Part shown: in pieces, positions 9,420 through 18,992 of the stretch
Layout of the letters: each line of letters starts with the position of its first letter
Position numbering within the stretch: the stretch's first letter is position 1
Origin: a virus
Reading direction: 5' to 3' (one strand)
IMG/VR virus record: IMGVR_UViG_3300042484_003756
Coordinates: 8,760 to 72,759 of that record
Length of the DNA stretch: 64,000 bases
Notes under the pieces: generated by a model
Databases searched by the model: none
What the model was told of the DNA's origin: nothing
What the model saw: only the letters and a program-made list of their open reading frames with translations
Position numbers and translations under genes: made by a program

Positions 9420-11123
9420 ATGAATAAAAATTCGAATAAAGCCAATCAGGTGAGATTTGCAGCAATGAGATTAGCTGAAATTAATGCAACTGATAAAGAA
9501 GATCTTATGAACTGCGCTTCTGACATGCAAAAAACAGCATCATTGGAAACAAACGAAGCTGTTTTAGTAGCAAAAGCAATTAGAGCTAAGTATCTTCCAA
9601 ACATTGCAAGACAAGCTGGTCTTGATGTTTCAAATTTAGACCTTGATAATGGCAAAGAGACTGTTGACTTCGCAAACGATGAATCTGACGATGATGAAGA
9701 CGATATGGAATTTCATCACTTTGAGAGTGATGATAATTCAGATGATGTAGAAGACGATGACATGTCTGATGAAGACATGGATGACGAAGACGAAGTAGAA
9801 GATAGTGATGATGTCGCCACTTTTGAGATTGAAGTTCCCGCTGATATGGTTGACCAAGCACAAAAAGCTGTGCAAAAGGCGCTAGATAATCTTCTTGGCG
9901 GAGATGATGATTCTGATGAAGATGATGATGAAGATGTCACTCATTTTAACGATGATGATGATATGGATTCCGAAGATGAATCAGATGATGACGAAGACAA
10001 TGAAAACCAATTTATGAAAAAAAGCAACGAGGTTAGATCAATGACTAAACAAGCATTGGCTGAGCGCAAGGCACAGAGAGAGGCTCTCTTGAGAAGAGCA
10101 GAAAGAGAAGAAATTCTCAAGAAGATTGCTTCAGAAGAAGAGAATTATCCAGCATCAGCCTCATTTAAGTATAACGAAGATATGGTTGACATGAAGGGTG
10201 AAGTTGAATACCCAAGCATGACAATGGAAGGCGGTGAGGGTAACTCACTCAAGGAACAAAATCCAACATGGGCTGAACAAAAAGTTCCTACAATGAATCC
10301 AGGTTCATTGGAATTTCCTTCAGTCACAAAACCTAGTAAATTTGAAGGTTCTGGCGATGGCTCTTTAGAGTACACCGTTGATTGGGATCATTTAGAAAAT
10401 CCTTCTGAAGGATTAGAAGATGTTGATCATCCTCATATTCCAACCCAAATGCCTTCTATGCCACACAAGACCACCAAAACAGTTGCCGCTTCAAAGGAAG
10501 AAGATCATGAAGTTGAGTGTACCTCATGTGGTAAATCAATGAGAATGACCGAAGCAGCTATGAATGATGAAACAACTAGATGTGCAAATAAAGATTGTCC
10601 AACAAATGCTGAATCAAAAAATGAAGAAGATGAGGATGAGGATGTCAAGGAAGCTCAAACAGTAAGTGTCCCTGATGTCAATAACAAATTAATAGGCGTT
10701 GGAAATGCTCAAAAGCAAATGAAAGGTCTTCAAGAAAACATTAAAAACACTGGTGAACAATTATCGCAAAACGCATCTCTTGACTTAGCAAGAATCAAAA
10801 CTTCCTATAGCTGTGCTACTAAATTAGCATTAGCTGGAATTATTACTTCTGAGGAAGTTGATTCATATGCTGAACAAATGATCAATGATGGTCTTAAGTC
10901 TGATTCAATGATCAGACAAACCAAACTCTTACTTAAATCGGCACAATCTTCAACTGAAAGAGTTGTTGCAGCTGCTGCTGAAAGAATGAGTACTAGAACC
11001 GCTTCTACACTAGGCGTATCTACATCTCCTGCACTAAGTGGTGGATTATCCAACAACAGTGCAGCTCTTGACATCCAGGGTGCTCTTAAGGGTACTTGGA
11101 CAATGCCAAAAATCGAGGACTAA
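9420..11123 (+). CDS. Acidic capsid scaffold/assembly protein (putative)
   Basis: Located between the protease and capsid genes. It has long D/E tracts, a coiled-coil-like segment, a CTSC..CANKDC zinc ribbon and KTAS/KIAS/KEAQ/RTAS motifs. Confidence 0.65.
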   Translation: MNKNSNKANQVRFAAMRLAEINATDKEDLMNCASDMQKTASLETNEAVLVAKAIRAKYLPNIARQAGLDVSNLDLDNGKETVDFANDESDDDEDDMEFHHFESDDNSDDVEDDDMSDEDMDDEDEVEDSDDVATFEIEVPADMVDQAQKAVQKALDNLLGGDDDSDEDDDEDVTHFNDDDDMDSEDESDDDEDNENQFMKKSNEVRSMTKQALAERKAQREALLRRAEREEILKKIASEEENYPASASFKYNEDMVDMKGEVEYPSMTMEGGEGNSLKEQNPTWAEQKVPTMNPGSLEFPSVTKPSKFEGSGDGSLEYTVDWDHLENPSEGLEDVDHPHIPTQMPSMPHKTTKTVAASKEEDHEVECTSCGKSMRMTEAAMNDETTRCANKDCPTNAESKNEEDEDEDVKEAQTVSVPDVNNKLIGVGNAQKQMKGLQENIKNTGEQLSQNASLDLARIKTSYSCATKLALAGIITSEEVDSYAEQMINDGLKSDSMIRQTKLLLKSAQSSTERVVAAAAERMSTRTASTLGVSTSPALSGGLSNNSAALDIQGALKGTWTMPKIED

Positions 11124-11155
11124 TTTCCTCATCAAATAATTAGGAGAAATAAACA

Positions 11156-11809
11156 ATGGCTATTCGTGCATTAAACACACTCGTAGTTGCTAACTACAAC
11201 ACAGCTGCTTCTGGCTCATGGCTTGCAGGCGATGCTCTTTTCCTTCAATCTGACGGAACTGTTGCAGCTGCATATAGATCAGCTACAGGTTTTACAACAC
11301 TTCAACAACAATTAGGTAAGTTTGTCGGATTCTCTGCAGATGATACTGCAAGAACTGGCAACACTATGATTCTTGCAGATCCAGTTGGATCTTCTTACAC
11401 TGATGCATCAGGTGTTCTTCAAGCTAACAACAACGGCTTCTACGTTGTTTCAAAGAGAGCAATTGGTGACTTCTTGGCTGAAAACGTCAACGGTGTTACT
11501 AACCCAACTGCTGGTTCTTCAGGATATGAAGGCCCAAGAAGAGGCGTAGGCGTTTTCAATACACCAGGCGCACAATTTATTACTGATAGATTTGCATCCG
11601 TTGCATCCACTAACATTACTACTGACGGCGTTGCTGCTGGATGGACCCCTGCTGTAGGCGATCTTCTTACAGTTGCAGCTGGTTCAGCTAATGCTGGTAA
11701 GATTGTTAAATTAGGCACAGTTGGTACAGACGGCGTTATCATTGGTAGAGTTGATTCTTATGACTCTGCTGCTGGCCTTCTTTACTTCACACAACTTAGT
11801 GGCGTCTAA
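11156..11809 (+). CDS. Capsid decoration/cement protein (putative)
   Basis: 217-aa G/A/T/S-rich protein directly before the major capsid gene, with a strong AGGAG RBS and a C-terminal VGDLLTV..GKIV..IIGRV pattern typical of decoration proteins. Confidence 0.6.
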   Translation: MAIRALNTLVVANYNTAASGSWLAGDALFLQSDGTVAAAYRSATGFTTLQQQLGKFVGFSADDTARTGNTMILADPVGSSYTDASGVLQANNNGFYVVSKRAIGDFLAENVNGVTNPTAGSSGYEGPRRGVGVFNTPGAQFITDRFASVASTNITTDGVAAGWTPAVGDLLTVAAGSANAGKIVKLGTVGTDGVIIGRVDSYDSAAGLLYFTQLSGV

Positions 11810-11842
11810 TCGGTAAAGAATTTTTAAAGGAGAATTATTCAA

Positions 11843-12697
11843 ATGTCAATGATTAAGAGAAACACAAATGAGCAAAGAGAATCCATTATTGCAATGGCTC
11901 TCGAGACTCCAGAGGGACGCACAGCTCTTGCACAAGCAATGGTTGAGCCAATCAAGACTTCCCTCATGTACCAAGCCATCGGACGCAAGCTTTTGATGGT
12001 TGATGAGCTCCCACAAGGCGCTCTTGCTCGCTACGAGAGAGACGTTGCTGTAAAGTCATACGTCATTCCTAAGCGTGGTGCTGTTCCAACAGCTGAGGTT
12101 GAGGCTGAAGAGCTTCTCGTTCCTACAGTTGAATTAGCTGCACACCCACAAATTAGATTGAACGAAATCCGCCAAAGAAGATTCTATATTGTCGATAGAG
12201 CTCAAGTCCGTGCTAAGGACTCCCTCCAAAGACAAGAAGATACTGAAGTCTTCAAGGTCATCAATGCTGGTGTTCCAACTGATCAAGCAATCTCCGTTTC
12301 TGGTACTCTTCAACCAGAGAACATCAACCTTGCGTTGACTCTCATCGAAGAGCACGAGTTAATCGGTGCTAAGGTTGTTCTTCACCCACAAAGATACAAG
12401 GATATCAGAAACTGGGGTAAGGAATTCTTCGATGAGGCAACTCAAAGAGACATCCTTATGACTGGTCTCTACGGACATATTTATTCCGCAGACATCCACG
12501 TTTCCACAATGGTTCCTAAGAACAGTGTCTACGTTCTCGCTCCTGCCCAATTCGTTGGTGCAATGCCAGTTCGCCAAGACATCACTGTCCTCCCAGCAGA
12601 CGATCCAAAGAGACTTAGACTCGGATGGGTTGTTTACGAAGAGCTCGGTTTTGCTCTTATTAATGATTATGCTGTTTCAAGAATTACCGTAAGCTAA
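11843..12697 (+). CDS. Major capsid protein (HK97 fold)
   Basis: AAGGAG RBS, visibly higher GC and C-ending codons, and a downstream terminator. Motifs LAQAMVEPI..YQAIGRKLL, QRQED and LGWVVYEELG resemble, from memory, Bxz1/Myrna-like capsid proteins. Confidence 0.88.
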   Translation: MSMIKRNTNEQRESIIAMALETPEGRTALAQAMVEPIKTSLMYQAIGRKLLMVDELPQGALARYERDVAVKSYVIPKRGAVPTAEVEAEELLVPTVELAAHPQIRLNEIRQRRFYIVDRAQVRAKDSLQRQEDTEVFKVINAGVPTDQAISVSGTLQPENINLALTLIEEHELIGAKVVLHPQRYKDIRNWGKEFFDEATQRDILMTGLYGHIYSADIHVSTMVPKNSVYVLAPAQFVGAMPVRQDITVLPADDPKRLRLGWVVYEELGFALINDYAVSRITVS

Positions 12698-12712
12698 TTC
12701 TAAACTAGTCAC

Positions 12713-12748
12713 AAAAAAGGCCTCTTCTTCGGAAGGGGTCTTTTTTTT
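12713..12748 (+). terminator. Rho-independent terminator after the capsid gene
   Basis: AAGGCCTCTTC-TTCG-GAAGGGGTCTT hairpin with a C(UUCG)G loop and a T8 tract. Confidence 0.9.
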
Positions 12749-12749
12749 A

Positions 12750-12757
12750 GGTATAAT
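12750..12757 (+). promoter_or_regulatory. -10 element (GGTATAAT), putative leaderless promoter
   Basis: TATAAT-agattt-ATG (6-nt spacer) with no SD, directly after the terminator. Confidence 0.6.
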
Positions 12758-12763
12758 AGATTT

Positions 12764-13459
12764 ATGATAACTCATAAATCTATTAGAAATTTTACTAAGC
12801 CTAGAACATTTGTTGATTTGTACATTGAGGAATTAAAAGAAAGTAAGCCTAATCTTTCTGTAATTGATGTTGGCGGTGGAATCAACTCTTGGTGTAAGCA
12901 TACTACTCACGTTGTAGATATTTTTGTCGATCCTGGTAGTAAGGAAGAGTTTGTTCAGACTCACCCGGATAGAATTTTCTTTGATTTTGATATTACTCAA
13001 AGAGACAATTGGAAAGAAGTATTAGACTACGTTGCTGAAAATGGCAAATTTGATTATGCTATTTGTACTCACACTCTTGAAGATATTTCAAATCCATCTT
13101 TAGTTTGCGATATGCTTCAAAAAATTGCCAAAAGAGGCTTTGTTTCCGTCCCTTCAAAGTATGCTGAATATTTACGCTTTGAACAATGGTACGGAGTAAA
13201 AGGCTATCGAGGATTTTTTCATCACAAGTGGATTTATTCTCTCAAGGATAATGTTTTCAGAGGTTTTGAGAAAGCAAGTTATTGGGAACATTTAAACGAT
13301 ACACGTATTGATAAGCCACAAGGTCATTTTACAGAAATTGGATTTATGTGGGAAGATAGTTTTGAATATAAGTTCTATCATTGTGGCGAAGTAATTGGAT
13401 GCCATACTGAACCAAAATATCCATTAATTTTTGAAACAGATGATTTGCCTATAAATTAA
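12764..13459 (+). CDS. Class I SAM-dependent methyltransferase-like protein
   Basis: VIDVGGG motif I and FDYAICTHTLEDI. Confidence 0.65.
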   Translation: MITHKSIRNFTKPRTFVDLYIEELKESKPNLSVIDVGGGINSWCKHTTHVVDIFVDPGSKEEFVQTHPDRIFFDFDITQRDNWKEVLDYVAENGKFDYAICTHTLEDISNPSLVCDMLQKIAKRGFVSVPSKYAEYLRFEQWYGVKGYRGFFHHKWIYSLKDNVFRGFEKASYWEHLNDTRIDKPQGHFTEIGFMWEDSFEYKFYHCGEVIGCHTEPKYPLIFETDDLPIN

Positions 13460-13461
13460 TT

Positions 13462-13487
13462 AAAAGGAGCTGAAAAGCTCCTTTTTT
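13462..13487 (+). terminator. Rho-independent terminator
   Basis: AAAAGGAGCT-GAAA-AGCTCCTTTT followed by further T residues. Confidence 0.85.
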
Positions 13488-13492
13488 ATTTG

Positions 13493-13500
13493 GGTATAAT
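13493..13500 (+). promoter_or_regulatory. -10 element (GGTATAAT), putative leaderless promoter
   Basis: TATAAT, 6 nt, then ATG 13507; no SD. Confidence 0.55.
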
Positions 13501-13506
13501 TATAAT

Positions 13507-14817
13507 ATGACAAAAGAAGAACTGCTTAAATTAGTTGAAAATTATGTTAAAAATGAACCTAATAAAAATTGGAGACCAGGAAAAGATCATGTACATTATG
13601 CTGGTCCTTATTTTGATCACAATGAAATAGTCAGATCTGTATCAACTCTTTTAGATGGTTGGTTAGTATTGGGATCAGAAGCATATAAAGCTGAAAAAAA
13701 ATTAGCATCATTATTTGGTAAAAATCATGCTTTATTGACTAACTCTGGTAGCAGTTCAAATCTTCTAATGATGTCTGCTCTTAAGTCAAAAAGATATTTA
13801 AATTTGCCAGAAGGAACAAAAGTACTTACTCCTATAGCTGGTTTTCCCACTACAATAAATCCAATTTTTCAATGTGGATTTAAGCCTGTATTTGTTGATA
13901 TTTCTTTAGATGGATTAAATTTAAATCTTGATGACGTTGAAGCTACATTGCAAGCTGATCCAGAAATTAAAATTATTACATTTGCCCACGTATTAGGTAA
14001 TCCTCCTGATATGTATAGACTTATGGATATTATTGATCATTATGGATTGATTTTATTGGAGGATTGTTGTGATGCTTTGGGGTCATTATTCGATGGCAAT
14101 CCTTTGGGTAGCTTTGGCACTATGGCTTCTTGTTCTTTTTATCCTGCTCATCATATTACTTGTGGAGAAGGCGGATTAGTTGTTTGTAATGATGACAACT
14201 TGGAAAAAGTAATTCGTTCTTTCAGAGATTGGGGACGTGGATGTTTTTGTATTGGCAAACAAAATATCACTGAATGTGGAGCTTGTAATCAAAGATTTTC
14301 AGAATGGCTACCAAGTATGCCAGGAGAAGTTTTTGACCATAAATATGTTTACGAAGAAATTGGTTATAATCTTAAACCAATTGAAGTTCAAGCTAGTATG
14401 CTTCTTACTCAGATTGATAAGCTTTCTGAAATTAAAAGATTGCGACAAAGAAATCATAAATTATTATCAGAAATATTCCGAAAATATGAAGAACATTTTG
14501 TTCTTCCTATAGCTCAAAAAAATTCTGATGTTAACTGGTTTGCTTTTCCTGTTACAATTAAAGATAATGCGCCTTTTAAAAGAAGCGATATATGTCAATA
14601 CTTAGAATCAAAGAAAATTCAAACTAGGCCATATTTCGCTGGTAATATATTGATGCAACCAGCCTACAGTCATTTAGTTGGAGACATGGATCTAAATGAT
14701 TTTCCAGTTGCTAAAAAAGTAACAACTGATACATTCTTTTTAGGAACATCACCCGTTATAACTGAAGAGCAGATTGAGTATATAGGAGTTATCATAGATG
14801 GATTTTTCAAAAAATGA
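13507..14817 (+). CDS. rfbH: CDP-4-keto-6-deoxy-glucose 3-dehydrase (RfbH/DdhC, E1) family protein
   Basis: NSGSSSNL, EDCCDALG, SFYPAHHITCGEGG (His in place of the Schiff-base Lys), RDWGRGCFC Fe-S motif and DHKY..IGYNLK. Confidence 0.85.
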   Translation: MTKEELLKLVENYVKNEPNKNWRPGKDHVHYAGPYFDHNEIVRSVSTLLDGWLVLGSEAYKAEKKLASLFGKNHALLTNSGSSSNLLMMSALKSKRYLNLPEGTKVLTPIAGFPTTINPIFQCGFKPVFVDISLDGLNLNLDDVEATLQADPEIKIITFAHVLGNPPDMYRLMDIIDHYGLILLEDCCDALGSLFDGNPLGSFGTMASCSFYPAHHITCGEGGLVVCNDDNLEKVIRSFRDWGRGCFCIGKQNITECGACNQRFSEWLPSMPGEVFDHKYVYEEIGYNLKPIEVQASMLLTQIDKLSEIKRLRQRNHKLLSEIFRKYEEHFVLPIAQKNSDVNWFAFPVTIKDNAPFKRSDICQYLESKKIQTRPYFAGNILMQPAYSHLVGDMDLNDFPVAKKVTTDTFFLGTSPVITEEQIEYIGVIIDGFFKK

Positions 14818-15523
14818 TTTAAGTAAAATTTACAACTTAGATCCAGTAGATATTGGTGGTCAATCTCAAAAGAATCAAGATTTTTTTATTGATTATATTT
14901 TTAAATGTATAGAATTAAAAAATAAATTTTTTGTTGAATTTGGAGCAATTGATGGTGTGACTTTAAGTAATACATTTCTTTTGAGGACTGAAAAAGAATG
15001 GAATGGCTTATTATTAGATGGACTGTATGAAAACGCTTCTATTAATTTACATAAAAGATTTATCACTAGAGAAAACATTATTTCTTTATTTGAAGAATTT
15101 AATGTACCTTATGATTTAGATTTTTTGTCAGTTGATGTTGATGGTATGGATTTTCACATTTTAAAAGAAATTTTATCAAAGTATAAACCTGCTTTGATAC
15201 AAGTAGAAACTAATTTGAGATTTAATCCAGATCAAAGCTATGTTCTCAATTATGACCCTACTTGGTACTGGGATAATAGATCTTGGTATGGTGCAAGTCC
15301 ATTAGCATATAAGAAAATGGCAGCAGAGTTTGACTATGTGCCACTAATAATGGTTTTTGATGATTTGTTTTTAATTAGAAAAGATTTAGTAAATGATGAT
15401 ATTATAAATAAACCTTGGATTGAAATTCAACCCAAGGCTAATAAAGTAATATACAATACTCATGTTGGCAGAGTTGGTGTTCCTCAATACTACATGGATA
15501 AAAATAAATTTTCAGAATATTAA
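14798..15523 (+). CDS. FkbM-like methyltransferase
   Basis: FFVEFGAIDG..SNT, DFLSVDVDGMD and YGAS motifs. Confidence 0.6.
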   Translation: MDFSKNDLSKIYNLDPVDIGGQSQKNQDFFIDYIFKCIELKNKFFVEFGAIDGVTLSNTFLLRTEKEWNGLLLDGLYENASINLHKRFITRENIISLFEEFNVPYDLDFLSVDVDGMDFHILKEILSKYKPALIQVETNLRFNPDQSYVLNYDPTWYWDNRSWYGASPLAYKKMAAEFDYVPLIMVFDDLFLIRKDLVNDDIINKPWIEIQPKANKVIYNTHVGRVGVPQYYMDKNKFSEY

Positions 15524-15810
15524 AACGGTATTTTACCCCTTAGTATATCCAAAAGCATCATCCAGTCACTTATCTTGGCCTTGACAGGGTCCTTAAAAGC
15601 GGCTGGTTGATTTTTTTCAAAGAAATAATGACCACTCCAAGCAAATGGATATACAACTAATGGAGTCAAAATAAGAAACCAATAATATCCAAAATACAAA
15701 CAACAGACTATCCAAAGAATTGTCATAAATTGACCTAAAACGTGCAATCTTCGGCAAATTTTATTTGTATGAAGTGTAAGATACATTTGATAATATTCTT
15801 TCATATTCAT
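15520..15810 (-). CDS. DUF962/Mpo1-like small membrane protein
   Basis: YLTLH..CRRLH..AWSGHYFFEKNQPA motif. The likely start is ATG 15810, which overlaps the upstream stop (ATGA). Confidence 0.75.
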   Translation of the reverse strand: MNMKEYYQMYLTLHTNKICRRLHVLGQFMTILWIVCCLYFGYYWFLILTPLVVYPFAWSGHYFFEKNQPAAFKDPVKAKISDWMMLLDILRGKIPF

Positions 15811-16577
15811 ATTGTGCATACTCCCTTTTTTTGTACTACAATTGTTGCGCAATACTGAGCAAATTTGATAGCTTTTATAATTTCTTTTGAAGCTACATAC
15901 TCACACACTAAGCCAGATATAAATGTATCACCAGCACCAGAAACATCTTTAATATTTACTTTTTCTACTGGATACAAAATATTTTTATATTCGCAGCCTT
16001 CATCTGATCTTGTAATGATCATTTGATCATAAATTCCAATTTCATCTATAGTATGTTTAGTTCTATCGTATTCAACATGGTTTATTTTTATGAACGAAAC
16101 ATATTTACACCATTCTCCTAGAATCTTTTTTGTGTCTAGAAAAATATTAAAATTATATTTTGAAATTTCATCTATATCTTCTTCAGTTAAGAATCCTTTG
16201 CAATAATCACTAATGATTATTGCATCGTAATGCATTCCTAGATAACAATTGTTTTTGATGCCTTCTAAAATACTTCTTTCAATTCTTGAAGCTTTATCAT
16301 TATTATCAACACGTAAAAGTAATGTGTTAGTACGCTCATCAATAAAACGTTCTTTATGAATAGATTCTTTTTGAGTAATTAGATCAGCTGCAACTCCTAT
16401 AGCCTCAATATTTTTTTGAACATTTAGTGCCATTCCACCATTTGTAATTTTTCTAAGTGGATTGAAAACTGGAGCTGGACCTTCAGGAGCTAGTCTTAAT
16501 GTTTGTCCATAAGTAAAAACATCAAAACAAGAATCTCCTATGATAAGTACTTTTATATCTTTGTAACTTTTTTTCAT
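15807..16577 (-). CDS. PfkB-family sugar kinase, HldE/RfaE kinase-domain-like
   Basis: LIIGDSCFD, RLAPEGPAPV, GGMALNV, ISDYCKG and DVSGAGDTF. Confidence 0.8.
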   Translation of the reverse strand: MKKSYKDIKVLIIGDSCFDVFTYGQTLRLAPEGPAPVFNPLRKITNGGMALNVQKNIEAIGVAADLITQKESIHKERFIDERTNTLLLRVDNNDKASRIERSILEGIKNNCYLGMHYDAIIISDYCKGFLTEEDIDEISKYNFNIFLDTKKILGEWCKYVSFIKINHVEYDRTKHTIDEIGIYDQMIITRSDEGCEYKNILYPVEKVNIKDVSGAGDTFISGLVCEYVASKEIIKAIKFAQYCATIVVQKKGVCTI

Positions 16578-16640
16578 AACAGTTATTTATTTCTTATAAA
16601 GCTATAGTTAGATTGGAATTGCATGTAGTAAATTATCAAC

Positions 16641-17810
16641 CTAATAGTTTAACACCTCGAGCAACTTAATAATTTTTTCTTTCACAAGCCCAGGATAATT
16701 TCCAATATACCAAGAGAAGTTATGAATATGTTCAATATTAGGATAGTTTGAAAAATCATTATAGACAGACTTGAAAAAAGGCTGTCTCATTTGATTTCCA
16801 CCACCAGACAATCCTCTTCTAAACTCTATGCCATTATTTTTAAGTTGTCTTTCCAAATCATTTCTTTTTGTAAAGTCTGATTCTTTTAAAATTACAATAA
16901 AAGCATAATTACAATTTCCCTCAGTATTTAAGGCAATATGATATTTTGTAGGATCTAAATTTGATATAAATAGATCAAAATTTTCTCTTCTTTCTTGATT
17001 TTTATTATCAAGCTTAGGAAGTTGAGAAAGTCCTATAACAGCGTTGATTTCTGTGCTTCTAAAATTATGAGCTGGTCTAAGAAAAATAAAGTCTGGATTA
17101 AGATCAGGATTATCCATAGCAATAGAAATTTTCATAGTATCGCTTGTCATCTCTCTAGTCATACCATGAGATCTTAGAGCACGACAAACTTGATAAAATT
17201 CCCAATCATTTGTAGATATCATGCCACCTTCAATAGTAGACATGTGGTGCGCAAAATAAAAACTAAAATTGCTAGCAAAACCAAAATTCCCAACTTTACG
17301 TCCTTGGAAAGTTGTTCCATGAGACTCACAAACATCTTCAATTAGTAAAATGTTATTATCTTTACATATTTTCAAAAGATCATTAGTTAGACCATTTATA
17401 CCTAAAACGTGAGTAAGGAATATTGCTTTTGTATTGGGATTGATAGCAGATTTTAATTTCTCAATATCAAATGAAAGATTTGTTAAGTTTACATCAACAA
17501 ATACTAATTTATGTCCAGCAAAAAGGACTGAAGAAATATCTGAAATCCAAGTAAGGGGTGGAACAATAATTTCTCCTTCACCTACTAAATGAGCTAAAGC
17601 AAGCATTGTTAATTCATTTGCAGAAGCTCCAGAGTTGACAAATAAATTATATTTTGTACCAAGCCATTCACCCCAAGCATTTTCAAATTCAACAACTTTT
17701 GGTCCATTTGTTAATTTTGGAATTTTATCTTGTGACAAAAAATCTATAACAGAATTGATGTCTTCTCTGTCTATATTGTCATTCATTAATGGTAAGAAAA
17801 ATTTATCCAT
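16641..17810 (-). CDS. DegT/DnrJ-family PLP enzyme, ColD-like NDP-4-keto-6-deoxyhexose 3-dehydratase
   Basis: VNSGASAN, EDVCESHG and SFYFAHHMSTIEGG (His instead of the catalytic Lys); it lacks the Fe-S Cys motif. Confidence 0.75.
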   Translation of the reverse strand: MDKFFLPLMNDNIDREDINSVIDFLSQDKIPKLTNGPKVVEFENAWGEWLGTKYNLFVNSGASANELTMLALAHLVGEGEIIVPPLTWISDISSVLFAGHKLVFVDVNLTNLSFDIEKLKSAINPNTKAIFLTHVLGINGLTNDLLKICKDNNILLIEDVCESHGTTFQGRKVGNFGFASNFSFYFAHHMSTIEGGMISTNDWEFYQVCRALRSHGMTREMTSDTMKISIAMDNPDLNPDFIFLRPAHNFRSTEINAVIGLSQLPKLDNKNQERRENFDLFISNLDPTKYHIALNTEGNCNYAFIVILKESDFTKRNDLERQLKNNGIEFRRGLSGGGNQMRQPFFKSVYNDFSNYPNIEHIHNFSWYIGNYPGLVKEKIIKLLEVLNY

Positions 17811-17811
17811 T

Positions 17812-18348
17812 TTATTTCTCGTTGTAGTAATCGCCCCATTCTACTAGGACTGTAGGTCTATTGTCAGTGCGTAAATATGCATATTTGTATGCTTCAAAGA
17901 TTTGATCAGCATCGTCCAATCTTATTATATCTATAAAATCACACATTGCTCTAAATCCACCTGTAAAGTCTGCAATGTGTTGATGTTGAGGATGTAATGG
18001 TCTTTGAGAACCAATAGAAGTTCTGATAATAATTTTTGGCTTATATCCACCATGGGACATAAGTTTAATTTTATCTACATGGTTGACAAGTTGATTTGCA
18101 GCTAGTAAAAGAAAATTCCATCTAGGGTATAGAGAAATAGGTACTGTGCCATTAAGTGCCAAACCTAACGTCACACCCATTTGCATATCTTCATTAACTG
18201 GCATTTCTAGCAACTTTGATTTTTCAATATTGGTCAAAGTATTTGTCATAGCTGTACCCGGATATTCGACAGCTTGGCCAATAAAAATTGTATCCTGCTG
18301 TTCTCCAAGCCATTCCATAGATTTTTTTAATTCATCAAAATATTTCAT
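17812..18348 (-). CDS. Short 2-oxoacid dehydrogenase E1-beta/transketolase pyrimidine-binding-domain protein
   Basis: IGQAV, EMPVNEDMQMG..GLAL, NQLVNH and HPQHQH; only 178 aa, with no C-terminal domain. Confidence 0.75.
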   Translation of the reverse strand: MKYFDELKKSMEWLGEQQDTIFIGQAVEYPGTAMTNTLTNIEKSKLLEMPVNEDMQMGVTLGLALNGTVPISLYPRWNFLLLAANQLVNHVDKIKLMSHGGYKPKIIIRTSIGSQRPLHPQHQHIADFTGGFRAMCDFIDIIRLDDADQIFEAYKYAYLRTDNRPTVLVEWGDYYNEK

Positions 18349-18953
18349 TAAAATTGAATCCTCTTTCCAGCTCCAGCGTGAGGATAAATTGACTCATACT
18401 GATAATAAATAACTTTCTCTCTTGGTTGTTGAAAAAATAAAACTTCAGAATTCCAAACTTTTCTTGTTTCTGTGCAAACAGATTTGTTATTGTCTTCAAC
18501 AATAAAAGTTATAGGCAAGTTATGATTGACTGCATATTTCCAGTTTTCAAAAAATGCACCAGTTTCAGAAGCCATATCTCCCACAAAACACCAAACATGA
18601 CCTGATTCATTTTTGATTTTTTTATCTACAGCAACTCCTACTGATATAGGAATACTACCAGTAACAATTGCTGAAGAATAGATATTAAACTCAGGATAAC
18701 ATAAAGTAATTGAATTACCATCTAAAATATCTTGACGTAACCTATCTTTAGGAACCCCTTTTAATAAACACTGATAATGTGATCTCCAAGTACAAAATAT
18801 CCAATCTTCATCTTTAATTTTTTCGAAAATCTCAATAATTTTTGCTTCATTGCCTGAATACAAATGAATAGGAGCTTTTATGATTCCATTATTGAAACAT
18901 TCTCCAATTTCTGTTTCAAAATCTATCAAATCTTGCTTGCTGTATTTAGTCAT
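18348..18953 (-). CDS. Short TPP-binding E1-alpha-like protein
   Basis: PIHLYSGNE, TWRSH, SSAIV and the TPP motif GDMASETG...EDN; 201 aa; abuts the E1-beta-like gene. Confidence 0.78.
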   Translation of the reverse strand: MTKYSKQDLIDFETEIGECFNNGIIKAPIHLYSGNEAKIIEIFEKIKDEDWIFCTWRSHYQCLLKGVPKDRLRQDILDGNSITLCYPEFNIYSSAIVTGSIPISVGVAVDKKIKNESGHVWCFVGDMASETGAFFENWKYAVNHNLPITFIVEDNNKSVCTETRKVWNSEVLFFQQPREKVIYYQYESIYPHAGAGKRIQF

Positions 18954-18992
18954 ATAAAAATGCCTCTAATATTTATTTAATATTATAACTTA

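Noticed and set aside
9680-10010. GAT/GAA-rich DNA repeats
   Set aside because: They simply encode the Asp/Glu tracts of the scaffold-like protein and are not a separate repeat element.
7722-12577. Antisense ORFs of 70-120 aa over the protease, scaffold, decoration and capsid genes, and similar short ORFs elsewhere in the track
   Set aside because: They are shadows of codon-biased sense genes, fully overlap well-supported CDSs and show no recognisable motifs.
11843-12697. Encapsulin nanocompartment (short HK97-fold shell next to metabolic enzymes)
   Set aside because: Portal, maturation protease, scaffold, connector and tail-like genes surround it, so it is a phage capsid protein.
17812-18953. 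Pyruvate dehydrogenase as an auxiliary central-metabolism gene
   Set aside because: Both subunits are much shorter than PDH E1, E2/E3 are absent and the context is NDP-sugar enzymes.
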